From positions 1 to 64,000 of the forward strand of contig JAKMXF010000002.1 of the NCBI GenBank assembly GCA_024704765.1: a DNA stretch of 64,000 nucleotides, in the 5' to 3' direction. This DNA comes from Oopsacas minuta (Eukaryota > Animalia > Porifera). The notes below the pieces were generated by a model, which had not been told where the DNA came from, made no database searches, and was given only the letters and a program-made list of their open reading frames with translations. Both the position numbers and the translations under genes were made by a program. Numbering within the stretch: the stretch's first letter is position 1; every line of letters starts with the position of its first letter. Of the stretch, positions 1 through 11,907 are shown one piece after another.

Positions 1-37
1 AAATAATGATGACTGATATTTTGGGATATAAGAAATA

Positions 38-94
38 GTACGTCTTAACCAAGTGTACGTCTTAAGCCGAGTAAGTCTTATCCGAGTTCTACTG
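38..94 (-). repeat. Terminal inverted repeat of a pogo/Tigger-type element cut by the window edge
   Basis: The reverse complement reads TA|CAGTAGAACTCGGATAAGAC with internal GTACGTCTTAA repeats. A CAGTAG end flanked by TA is typical of Tigger/pogo elements, and similar ends occur at 32356 and 63858. Confidence 0.5.
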
Positions 95-440
95 TATATG
101 TGCGACCATCCAAATTGAGTAAGGTTATTCTTATATAGAATATGAGGTTAAATATTATGGTTTTCTGAAAAAATCAATATTTATAATTTCAAATATATAT
201 TTTATGGTCCGCTAAAAACCATTAAATATCAAATTTTTAATTTGTTTGTTGTATCTATATTCGTACTACTAATCAATGCCTCGAATGACTTGATAAACGT
301 ATATGCATAGTTTGATAAGCTTGATATCTATATACGTACACAATATACTATACAAACCATGACAAACTAGGAAATAAGATAGTAAACGTACTTCTAGAAA
401 CTCTATTATTTTTCAGTGAATTTGTTGATCACTTGATTAA

Positions 441-620
441 AAGGGTAGTTGACCAGTTAATTATAAGGGTAGTTTACCAATTGATTAATTATAATTGTAG
501 TTAACTAGTTGAGTATAAGGTTAGTTGACTAGTTAAGTATAAGGGTAGTTGGCCAGCTGATTATAAGGATAGTTGACCAGTTGATTATAAGGGTAGTTGA
601 CCAGTTGATTTGGGTAGTTT
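441..620. repeat. Minisatellite, about 24-bp unit (ATAAGGGTAGTTGACCAGTTGATT), 7-8 degenerate copies
   Basis: Unit is directly visible and repeats imperfectly from 441 to 620. Confidence 0.85.
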
Positions 621-777
621 TGAAAAAACCTTCTTTTTACATCGCTACCCGTTCTCGCATACGGTAGAGTGCCTATAATACCTCGAAATTCACTTAACCT
701 GCTTCCCCTTGCACCGGAAAGTCATCCGACAACTGTCTTACATTTACATGACATGTACGATGTAACCTCTGCCTCTA

Positions 778-1165
778 CAGGGTTCAATCCAGGATTTTTC
801 TTTTGAGGGGGAAGTTGTCATTGTGGGGAACGATATATCACTGACTATTCTTTCGTTATATTTAGCATATGCAGATAATTTGTGCTATTAAGATATTACT
901 TTACTAAAAATAACAATAATTACAATATGAATATATTAGGAAAATCTGTATTAATTACCAATACACAAATATTTAAGATTGAACCACACATTACTATTCT
1001 ACGGTTCTTTTGCCCTATAAAAGGATCAACATATTCCTCCAACATATTATTCGTTAGGTGATCAGGGCCTTCAATGCATATGTGCATCGTATGTTCAAGC
1101 GTGTCCTCGCCCATCCTGCTGCTGAGTCTTGTTGTTATTAGTTTCATAGCTAAATGCAAAATCAA
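778..1165 (-). pseudogene. hAT transposase C-terminal remnant (ZNF862-like) with adjacent hAT-type end
   Basis: ORF 920..1165 contains RLSSRMGEDTLEHTMHICIEGP, which resembles the hAT dimerisation-domain motif. A CAGGGTTCAATCCAGG end lies at 778. Confidence 0.55.
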
Positions 1166-1329
1166 CAGTGACTGTTGTTACTAGTAACACATTCGTGCTA
1201 TACAAAAGCCAAAACGAGAATACATCAGTAATATGGTATATCGGAATCCAAAAGTAGTATAGGCATCCCCCGACTCTAGGTCAATTCATATTAGAATATT
1301 CATAGTTGCCAGTGAAAACATCTTTAGGA

Positions 1330-2500
1330 GCACTCTCAAAGGTTTACTGAATACTATGTATTGAAATTCAAGCACCAAACACTTGCCCTTGCACTTATGA
1401 TATCGTGTATATTGTGTCAATCATCGAAATCGTCTTTCTCAAAATATTACATTTACTAAGCCATGGAAATTTGGTCCAAGTGGTTTCACAATCATCAGGT
1501 CGATTGCCTCAAAAATTTCAAAGCTTCTTCCATGGGGTTTGAAATAATTTTGCCTTATCTCAGAAACTAGAATTCAAGATTATTTCTCCATAATTTTGGC
1601 GCATAAATAGGAAAATTGTACAAATATTCAAGAATTCGGAAGAAGAAATCGAAATGTGCATGAAAAACAACAAACTTAGCCAAAATGTCAAAAGTTGCCT
1701 AAGGCGTGAGTTAGTATATTGTGTATTTTAGTAGATTAGAATATAAAAGAAACTTGATCTTAGACAATACTGTATTTAAGTTATACATATTAATATTATA
1801 TACAATAGGAAGCTATAATAGTGTTCCATATATATATATATATAATATATACATATATGGCATGTAATATCTAAATTGCTTTTATCATCTATGGAATCTA
1901 TAGCTTAGAAACGCCCTTGAAGGCAGATAGAGGAATGTTATAGATTGCTACATCTAAGCATTAGGACTTTGCAATATAAGTTGGTCCTATCCCAAAGTCC
2001 AACACCGTTAAAGAAGAAATTCAGCAACCACAGCTCTCAACTCGATAAATCATCTGACTGCAGTAAAATAAGAGTCTCATAGCTAGCTCTTGAATCTTCA
2101 CATAATTCATTAATAGGCGACGTTGAACTTGATTTGATGGTGTTGATTGCTTACAGTATAATTGAAAGTTGCGAGTTCACCAGGCATCGCATCTGAAGAT
2201 AATATTTCTTAATGAAAACAGCAGTGGTCCCCAATCAATTGTTGAACGACATACTTTATATGAATTTTTTCTCCAGTTTTCTCGTTCATAGTAGCTTGGG
2301 CTCCATCTGTAGTAGAAGAAACGAGAGTTTTCAATTGATATTATGACAGTGGTAAATAGTTAGGAAGTATATCGTAGATATCTTCAACAAGAAATAAAAT
2401 AATCGTTCAATTTCATCTGTCTGTACATATTCAAGGTGATTCTTGAATGAAACCAGCATCCTCTTTCAATTTGAACTCCCTGAACTTAATCATGGTTATT
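1330..2500 (-). pseudogene. Heavily decayed Charlie/SPIN-type (ZBED5/FAM200/GTF2IRD2-like) hAT transposase
   Basis: Manual minus-strand translation gives, in the expected order, LVSSTTDGAQATM (cf. ITTDGAPAM), HCCFH*EIL (cf. HCIIHQEAL), ELCEDSRASYETLILL (cf. LCEEMGSEHTALLLH) and KFPWLSKC. Many stops and frameshifts. Confidence 0.55.
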
Positions 2501-4070
2501 CATAAAAATATCAAGTTTAATACATGCGATACTTGCCACCTATTTACTAGTACGCACTACAAATACATGAGAATTCACTTGAAATTATAACTAAGTATTT
2601 CAACATTAATTAATTAACCCAAAGCATAAAAAGTTCTATCGATATCTGTCTGTTTTTACGAAATGGAATTATAGAATATGAAAGAAGTAATATGTAAAAT
2701 TTGGGCTTGTGATAAATAATTTCGAGAATTGAATATATTGTTAGTCATCGTAAGACACAAAAAACTGAGAATTTATCGAATTTTAGAAGGCTTGTTATAT
2801 GACAATTCCAAGTATTTCGAGATAATATCGCTATTGCTATAAAAGTACACATCTCAACAACCGATTAAAATTAAATTATTTGAAATTCAGTTTGATTTAG
2901 GGTTGGAAACAAAAGTTTGAACTGCATTAATTTATGTAGAATATGATTCATGCCCCTCTACTCACACTTCAGACTAAAAATTGAATGCCTCTTGCTCCGC
3001 GAGTTGATAATATTTGTTTTTGAAATATATTTTACATAAATGTCCCTAACACCAAAGTATTCATAGAGAACTTCAGAATCGAATTCAAATTTTTGGTGGA
3101 TAAATTTAAGGGAAAGCTGACCCTCAAAACACTAACCAAAAATGTGCCTACAACTCACTATTTTCAATCTAACGCTTTCGTAAACATCCAACTTTCCTCT
3201 TTCGAATGGTACTAATTTCGATAAATTCAGAAGTGTGGTAGTAACTCAAATTTGTGATTGATGTGGCACAAGTCCAATATTGAGCTAACTTATCACTCGT
3301 ATATTGTGGTTAATTATATACTGCTTATTTCCCTGAAAACTTATGTATCAAAAGTCAATAACTCTTCTGGGCAATATTTAAACAAATACAACAGCATCGA
3401 TAAAACAGATGTTAACTTCCTATTTGAGAACTAATTGGGTACATAAAGATACAGTTAATATTTCCTAATCTTATGCCGCTACAATTGTTCGTTTTTAATA
3501 TCTTGGCATTTTCCATTCCATCATAACTATACCATACACTACCACAAGTTATCCGCATGTTAAAGTATAGTGTAGCCGATCACACTATATTGTGTGCGAC
3601 AGTTTTTGTGTGTTAGGCATATAATATCACTGATTTGATTTGGTTGGTAATGTTGCTTCGCAGTGAGCTGTCCAACTTCATGAATGATGACAGGCTGGTA
3701 TTCTAATAAATGTATCAGATGTTCAATGTGTGGACTAACATCTCTACCTTTCAGGCAGTGACTGCCTAAAGAGTTTTGAGTGTCTATACCACTCTGGCAA
3801 CCTTCCATAAAGTGGTATACTGAATATATGTCAGTTTTGCATTCAGAGACTCAACAACAGCTCCAGCAGGGAAACATGAATAAGACCGAATGAAATAAGA
3901 TCGAATTTAATTCAAATCAATTAACAACTTCTAAAGGATACCATATAGATAGGTTTTCAATACTTTTTGAAGGTTTCTGAGGTAAACATATTAATAGTGA
4001 TGATTCAACAACTTTTTAATCCAACTCCATAATTAGCAATTCAAACAAGTATCAATTGTATTTCTAAATA

Positions 4071-7056
4071 ATGGCAAATTACGAAATTTTGGAGGGTGAT
4101 CGAAAAGGTTCGTGCTTTATCAAAACGGAATGAATGCCTACATTAAGGACAAAGGTATAAAAGGTGTGAGATATTTAAGTTGCGTCAATGTAAGGATGGC
4201 TGTGCTGCTAGGGCAAAAATTATTCTCGAAACGAATTATTTTCACTACTAAATGGGTATGATAATCACGAATCTACAGAAAGAGAAATCGAGATAATGAA
4301 AGTTATATCTAAACTCAAACGTAAATCAGAATATTCACAAGGATCACTTCGGAAAACATTTGATGATGAAATGAACCAATCTGAGATTGGTGGTTTTATA
4401 AGCTTTGCACAATTAGAAAGCACGATGTATAAACGGAAAAGATTATACACACCAGAAGTTCCATTAAATGCTCGAATTACGATGTCCTTAATGGAAGAAT
4501 TTAAAATGTATCATGCTTTTCCATTGAAGAATAAAATGAAGTAGCGATTGCAATTATGAGCCTTAAATGGAAAAAATACTTGCATCCAACTGACCAAACA
4601 GAATTGCAAGCAGGTGCTACTTTTTATATGGTTCCCAAGCAATTTTATCAATTGTTAAATACAGTGTGGGCCGCGGGAAACCGGTTGAAACAAATTTTGT
4701 ATAATTTCTAAAAAAAAAAAGTTAAGTCAAATCTGTAAAAAGTATATTAAGGTTTATAAAGTGATATTATAATTTTCATTTTGTAGAGTATCTATCCATT
4801 AATAAAATGTTCGATCCAGCTCCCATTTAAAGATATCACTCTTTGCAATCTCGTGAGGATATTTTCTGAGACTTTCTTCAGCGTTTCTTCCTTGATCTGT
4901 CTTATTTCACGGCGAATGTTTCTCTTGAGGTCTTCAGTAGTCACAGGGATAGGATTGGAGTAAACCTTGCTCTTCAGGTATCCCCATAAATAAAAATCAC
5001 ATGGGTTTAGATCTGGGCTGTAAGGTGGCCAAAAGAAGTCACAGTTTCATGAAATCAGCTGTTTGTCAAATTTCTCTCTAAGAAAGTCAATAAAAACTTT
5101 AGCTATATGTGGGGGTGCTCCATCTAGTTGAAATGTTATACTACCAAGTTCCTTACGTCTTCTGAGAGTTGGAATGTAGTAGGACTTTAACATATCAAGA
5201 TATTGGACACCATTCACGGTCACTCTTGACCCTTCATTATTTTCATAAAAATACGGACCAATAATCCTCTTGGAGCCAACTGAACACCAGACAGTGACCT
5301 TTTCTTGTGTTAAAGGTTTACTATCAAGTGGATCTGACTTTTCCTCGCCCCAAATCCTCATGTTCTGTTTATTAACATGTCCAGAAATGTGAAAATGAGC
5401 CTCGTCACTCCAGTCAATATTACCGATGTCAATTTCCTTCTTCTCAACCTTCCCTGCGATAAGCTTTGCAAAAGCCAATCTCTTCTCTTTTTGGACTGTA
5501 GATTGCTTCTGTAGGATCTGTATCTTAAATGAGAAGAGATTAAGATCATCTACAAGAATCCTCCTGACTGTTGTCCTGGACAATTGAAGTTCTCTTGAAA
5601 GCCTCCTTGATGAACGATGTGGTGAATCCGCAAGTTTACGCTTCACTTTTTCGATGTTATTGGGGTCCTCATTGTCTGGCATAGTCCTGGTCTAGCTGTA
5701 TCAACTACAGTACCATTCTCCTCAAACCTCTTGATAATATTTTTGATGGTATCTGGTTTAGGAGTAGTTCTAGAGTTATAGAATCTTCTAAATCTTCTCT
5801 GCGTTGTAACTATGGAACCATGATTTTTGTAGTACCATTTTAAGACATTAGTCCTTTCTTTCAGTTTCAGCCTTGTCATAACTTCCTATTGATCTAATTA
5901 TTAATTAAACACAAATTAGCATTCTTCTAGCTACAAAATGAAATGTTGGCAATCGGAAATGCACATACGTGTGCCGAGTTATGATCATTCTATTTCAACC
6001 GATTTCCCCTGGCCCACCCTGTATATTCTTGCAGTACAAGTCTCACTCGTTACCTGCTATTCATATTTTGATGTCAAAAATAAACAGGTACGCTATATGA
6101 TAAAGTTGTAGCAAAAGTCATTGAAATTCTACCATTTATTGATTCTATCATTAAGACGGACTTTGCGAGTTCAATCTACAGTTCATTTGCAAAGGTTTTC
6201 CCTATGCAAGGGTCAGCGGTTACTTATTTCACTATGATAAAGCGCTATACAAAACTGGGATTCTCAAAATAAGGGTTTATCAAATGCTTATATCTCAAAC
6301 CTAGAATTTAGACAGTGGGTTGAACAGTTAATGTGTTTGCCACTACTTCTGTGAGATCTTATTGTTCCGATGTTTAGTTGCATAAAATAAGAAAAACCTT
6401 TGTTACCACATTCTGAGAATGAAAAAGTAATTAAGCTGTTAAAATAGCATGAGCTATACTGGATGGGTCAAGTTGGTCCTTCTAGAGTATCAGTTTTCCA
6501 TACAAAGAAACGTACCACAAACGATTTAGAGAGCTTTCATGCATATTTGAAAATAAAATTTAAATCCTATAACCCAAATTACTGGGATTTTATCAAAACC
6601 TTGAATGAAGTAATTCAAACAACCGAAAAAGATATGGAGAGAATTGATAACCATGTTCCAATAAGGCATAAGAAAAGGCCAGTAACTATCCAGAAGGAGA
6701 AATATATAGACGCGCTGCAACAACAACTAATTAATGGTGATATTACTCCAAATACCTATTTGAAAACTATAACTCATCAATATAAAACCCAGTTTGCGAT
6801 ATTTGAAGGGTTTATTGAATCAGTTGAAGATGTAGATACTGAAAATGAAGTTGAAGATTTGGTTCAAGATGTGAGTACAGAATAAAACTCAAACATGTGT
6901 AGAATATGTTTAGTGAATGTACCAGATACACTAATTATCCCCTGCCGTCATCCTTAAACTTGCATCAGCTGTACAGAGAGGATTGTAAAATCTGATATTC
7001 ACAACTGCCCTATTTGTAGAGAACCTATGGAAAACTTCATCAAAATCTTTTTGTGA
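4071..7056 (+). pseudogene. MULE transposase with N-terminal FLYWCH zinc finger and C-terminal C3HC4 RING finger (copy A)
   Basis: The ATG at 4071 begins MANYEILEGDRKGS..YL.C..CKDGCAARAKI..H..NH. The DDE region reads QAGATFYMVPKQFYQLL. Removing 4662..6021 plus one TA restores QLLNIFLQYKSHSLPAIHILMSK in frame. TTNDLESFH follows. After one TAA in the same frame comes CRICLVNVPDTLIIPCRHP*TCISC..CPICR, ending at TGA 7054-7056. Confidence 0.8.
4662..6021 (-). mobile_element. Tc1/mariner-superfamily DD41D (rosa/Visitor-type) element with defective transposase 5879..4792
   Basis: TA|CAGTGTGGGCCGCGGGAAACCGGTTGAAA ... TTTCAACCGATTTCCCCTGGCCCACCCTG|TA. Motifs WSDEAHF, FQLDGAPPH and SPDLNPCDFYLWGYLK are present, with 41 residues counted between the second and third D. 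One frameshift near 5680 and a TGA at 5047. Confidence 0.9.
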
Positions 7057-7243
7057 TCTCTCATTCTCTAACTCATGTGTTCACTCAATTCACTTTTCAT
7101 TTATTTATCTTTTATTTTCTTACAACGCATTATCATTTATTAGTCAATTATTTATCATTTCACCCATTCATTAAATAAATAGCCTAAGTCATTTTCAATC
7201 CTATTCCAGGTTTTATTCCAGTCTTGAATTATATTCGGTCTTA

Positions 7244-7374
7244 CAGACTTGCCAACCCTCCAGGGATCCCTGGATTTCACCGCGATTTCACTTCTAATCC
7301 AGGGAAAAGATTGAAAATCCAGGTATTGGGAAATGAAAATCCAGGGAAATTTATAAAATGGGTTGGTAAGTCTG
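7244..7374. mobile_element. 131-bp MITE in the right subterminal region of MULE A
   Basis: TIRs CAGACTTGCCAACCC / GGGTTGGTAAGTCTG with internal ATCCAGGG repeats. No clear TSD. Confidence 0.7.
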
Positions 7375-7599
7375 GATCGTATTCCAGTATTGACTAAAAT
7401 TCGGTCTTATTCCAATCTTGGAAAAATATATTTTTCACACTGTAAATTCGGTCTTACTCAGTCAACCCCTCCTGCACTGGAATTTGATTTGATAAAAATT
7501 GCCACACAAGTCTAGATCTTACAATAGTTTGTCACACATCCCTCGTAACCAATAAAATCTTAACGCGAATCAACTAGTTTAAAATTAAGTCTAGGTGCA

Positions 7600-8332
7600 A
7601 ACCAACATCTTAATTGTTTGAAACTTTGAGCCTTAATCATTGTCATGATCGTTTCTATATTTTTGAAATAGATGAAGGCTAACTCAAATGAAGTAAAGAT
7701 AATTCCAGATAGATACTTAGAATGGTAATGATGTTATCAAGGGACAACTGTTAACAAGGTACAAACAGATATCTTCTAGTAATTGTAATGACGAAAAGGA
7801 TTCAGTTCCCACGTCCAGGATTGCATTTCAGAACGGTTTGAAGCATTTGAAATAGTTAATAGTTGTATCACTGGGGGTGAACTTGTGTTGAATAATCTGT
7901 ACTTTTATTACCCCAAAGTGTATAAAGTTCAAAACCCCCTTTTGTATATTGAATCTAAAAGACTGATTCTCAAAGTACCATTCTTTGACCATAATTGAAA
8001 TTTCATAGGTAGCGCACATGTGATATCGTTTGATTCAGAATATAGAGAGGGTAATGTTCCAATCTCCATTCCAATAGATCGACGTAATTCATATCGCAAC
8101 TTTTAAGTAGATCAACATGGAGTTGTGAAAATTGAATGTGTGTTCTCAAAGATTCTATAACTGCATCCTTCATTTGAGACAATTGATCAATTATTTCTTG
8201 TTTGGACATCCAACATTTGTATTTGTTTGATATCCAAGACTGTGCAAATTGTGGTAAGATACTGGGTGAAACCACTTCTGTTTGGATTTCTTCATAATGA
8301 AATTCTACATCTGATATGATAGGGCTTTCCAA
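7600..8332 (-). pseudogene. Decayed coding region downstream of the integrase, possibly a Ulp1/C48 protease-like domain
   Basis: Weak, correctly ordered motif resemblance: QMKDAVIES (cf. WLxDxVIN), FIHFGVIKV..INYF (cf. HWxLxVI..IxYFD), EDICLY (cf. DCGLY). Not confirmed. Confidence 0.3.
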
Positions 8333-8342
8333 CTTGATATTC

Positions 8343-9580
8343 TTAGTCTACGATAAATTTGAGTTTTTCCATGCCTAAATTTTCACCTTTCGATATGGTG
8401 AACTGAGTTGTTCCGATGATGTGTACAGAGTCAGTTGAAACTTTATTGAACGGATATGGACCAATGCACTTGTTTTGTAATTTCCCACCATTACTTCTCT
8501 TAGTGTTTAAATTATCTCTCAGGACATCATCTGACAGATTCATGATCTTCGCTATGTGGTTGAAGTTTTTATCTTATGGTTCTTTCATCATTTCTTTTGA
8601 TTTGACTAGGTTTTACCAGCTTCTTCGAAATAATGCTCTTGTATGCTTCCCATGAATTCTACCATATCTGCTATTTGAGTAACATCTAAATCAGGGGGTC
8701 CCAACCTGGGGTACGCGAGAAGGTTGAGTCATTTACGAATATTATTTCTAATTTGTAATTATGATACCATGTAATTGGAAATTAATCTAAATTTATTATT
8801 TGACACAAGATTTGCAACAGTAATATTTTATTACGTAGAACATGATCTTAGGCGTAATGATTTAATTACTTTTCTATTACCCACAATTGAGTATTATATA
8901 TGTTCATTTTTGGGAATTTATAATAGGGGTACGCGGTAAATATTTTTTGCAAAGTAGGACATGGGCTACAAAAAGGTTGGGAACCCCTGATCTAAATCAC
9001 CGGAAGTACTTGACACATCTCGGTAGAGGAATGGAGATTCATGATTTCGTTTGGAAGACGAAGTTTTTGAAAACCATTCATCAATTCAAAAGCATAATAA
9101 TAAGTTGTGTTTCTCGGGGGAATGCACTGTGACTCCATAATCTGAAATAACATGAAAATTTAATGTTACTAAATATTCATTGGAAAATAATATTATTGTA
9201 ATCAGAATATTTGAAAACCTTTTCAGATCAAATTTGACCTTCGTGTTCTTTCGATTTGATATTCTGGTATATGGATATGAAATGTGACGTAATAATTTTA
9301 CTTGGAAGATTTTGTGGTAACTTCAGATGATATATCAATTTCTAACGCAGTAATTTGCATTCCATTTCTCCTAACAATTGTATCTAATTAGTACATGGAT
9401 ATGTCTGAACAAACAAAGAACAATAAATTCATTCATAATTGAGTATTCCACATAATACACCATTTCTAGACACCCCGAATGCTGGTGAATACTTTAATTA
9501 AAGCGGGTTCCCAAATTTAGTTTTGAATATTTTCCTGCATTAAACTATATTACATATTTATAATGAATAATAAGGAGGGA
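8343..9580 (-). pseudogene. Gypsy-type (Ginger/GIN-like) integrase remnant with C-terminal GPY motif
   Basis: Fragments in order: CQENIQ (end of the zinc finger), YAFELMNGFQKLRLPNE (cf. SPFELMFGRKPRLP), VLRDNLNTKRSNGGKLQNKCIGPY. Interrupted by the MITE at 8692..8989. Confidence 0.6.
8692..8989. mobile_element. 298-bp hAT-type MITE
   Basis: TIRs CAGGGGGTCCCAACCT / AGGTTGGGAACCCCTG with a perfect 8-bp TSD ATCTAAAT (8684-8691 and 8990-8997). Confidence 0.9.
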
Positions 9581-11907
9581 TTTCATTACCTTAACTATCA
9601 CTCGTCTGTTAGGGAAGAAACAAGTTTTCTTGGAAAACGATCAAATACCTAAAGCCGAGATCCACTGTATTTGTAAGTTCTCCAAACTTATATCTGACAG
9701 CAATGTCAAACAGCAACCAAGTGATCTACTCACCTGGGAAGGGCTTCATTTTTACTCTCTTCATATTGCAAGTCCTCCGAATAAAAGCATTAGTGAAAAC
9801 AAGCATAGTGTTTCAGTTTGAAAGTACCCAGGAAGGTAGGAAACCATTGTCGGAAATAATAAACGAGCGACTCAGACATGGATTAAGACCAATTTTCGAT
9901 TTCAATTTATCTGTAGCTCAGAACGAGGATGTTAATCCGAATGAAATTGCAACCTAAGTCCTAAAGCTATATGGTGGTGAAGCTAGAAACCATGAAATGA
10001 TTAACTTTTGTCAGCAATTTATCGAACATGCGACATTCGTAAGTGTTGTAAAGCGGTTACTTTTGGACAGGTCATTGTTTTGTTAGATTTTTAGGAAATC
10101 GGGAAACGTAAGTACACAAAAATGCGAAAATTGTGTAAGCCAGAAAGTATGCCTACCCTCCATATAATATAATTTCTGACTATTGTGCTAGAAATATACT
10201 CTCATCTGATATTCTTGAAATTCAAAATTCAGATGACTTCAATATTGGTATCGGGATTTCTTATAGATCCATCTTGAAACAAATTGTGTTAAGGTTATTG
10301 GTAATTGTTCCTGAACTACTTGAGAGTCAATATCTCTTAAGTATAAGATCTCAGATGGCATAGATGGCTCAGGGTGTCATAAAATACACAATCAATTTGA
10401 TGGAATACCGAAGTTCAACACCAAAAATTTTATTCCTTTTGGATTTAATGTTATTTCACTAATTGACTCATCTGCCACTACTGTTTGGTCAAATGACATT
10501 CCAAATTCACCATTTTGTGTACGACATATTGCACTATTGGCTCAAAAGGAAAACCAAGAGAACATCAAATATCTAATGGACAGCATTGTTAACTCTGAAG
10601 TTAATTCAATCACACAAGAGGGTATTCTACTTCCCAAAGGATTTGTAAATGTGACATTTCACCGCACCATGAGAGATGGCAAGATGTCAGGGATTTTAAG
10701 TAGAGCAGGTGACGCCCATTGCCAACTATGTACTGCCAATAAATCTGAATTACAAAACTTAGAAATAGTAAGGTCAGGATTTCCAATCAACAGGAGCATT
10801 ACTACTGCTAAAGAAATTTTTCTATAGTTGATGAAGAAGAATATTTCTTGCTCCCTTTTATACAACGTCATGGCTTGGCCCATCCACCACTATCAAGGAT
10901 AGACATAATTCCTGCATCTCCTCTACATACATTTGTGTCTTTCATTGGTACATGAAATAAATATAGCACATACGTTCAGGCGCATATATATGATTACTTC
11001 CGCAGAGTTATAGTTGATTCTATGAAATTTGCTTGCGACCTTTTATACAGGGTGGCCAATAAGTTCAGACCCAAATTAAAAAACTTACCATAATGTAAGA
11101 TATGTAATTATTCGCTATTTCTAACGAATTATATCTTGAGTAGACCATTTATCTACCATCATCTAACACCTTACATGCATATTAGCTCACACAAGAGTTT
11201 TTTCACAATGAATCAGGAAATAGCAGCAATAATTGAATTATTTTCTAATGGAAAACGTCCAGGAGAAATTTGAAACTGCTCCATATCTCTAAATCGAGAA
11301 GGAAAATATTTTATCGCCCTATCCAACGTTACAATAAGACTGGGGGCATAAAAGATATGCCAAGAAGCGGTCGACCAAAGTCGGTAACAACTCCGAGGCT
11401 GAAAAAAGTTGTGATCGATAGAATACGGCGAAACCTAGACGATCTCTCCGGAAAATGGCTTCTGAGCTCAAAGTTTCGCATGGATCGATGCAAAACCTTG
11501 TGAACGACTTGCTCCTCAAATCTTTTAAAAGAAGAATAGTTCACTTCCTTTCTGAGAAAATTGTGATAAAGAGACTTGTCAGAAGTGTAGGGAATGCTGA
11601 CTCGGCTGGCAACGAAACCCCTGGAAAATATCATATTTTCTGACGAGAAATTATTCACCATAGAAGAAGCGACTAATAAGCAGAATGATAGAATATTAGC
11701 CCACACGTCTACGAACATCACAGAAAAGCATCTGTATGTCAAACGGACTAAAAAACCTCAGTTGCTGATGGTTTGGGCCGGAATCTCTGCAAAAGGCTGT
11801 ACTCCATTAGTTTTTGTCCCAGGAGGGGTAAAATAAATTCGTCATCATATCAAAATTTGATTCTGGAGCCTGTGGTTAAAGATTTGGGCAAAAAAATGTT
11901 CAACATA

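Larger units (their letters stand above)
3878..7469 (+). mobile_element. Mutator/MULE element A (FLYWCH-DDE-RING), interrupted by a DD41D element and a MITE
   Basis: AATAAGACCGAAT motifs at the left end (3878-3905) are mirrored by ATTCGGTCTTA(T) arrays at 7233-7460, ending ...GTCAACCC at about 7469. The left TIR looks truncated and no TSD was found. Confidence 0.7.

Noticed and set aside
441-620. CRISPR-like appearance of regular repeats (also the TGACCCA arrays at 20200-20370)
   Set aside because: The units are contiguous with no unique spacers, there are no cas genes, and the context is eukaryotic.
1470-1510. Minus-strand CTGATGA-TTGT-GAAA resembling a minimal hammerhead ribozyme core
   Set aside because: The required U-H cleavage site after stem III is absent (CCACTTGG is followed by AC), and the motif lies within decayed hAT coding sequence.
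3560-3808. 82-aa minus-strand ORF as a host exon
   Set aside because: No recognisable domain or convincing splice context, so it is left unannotated.
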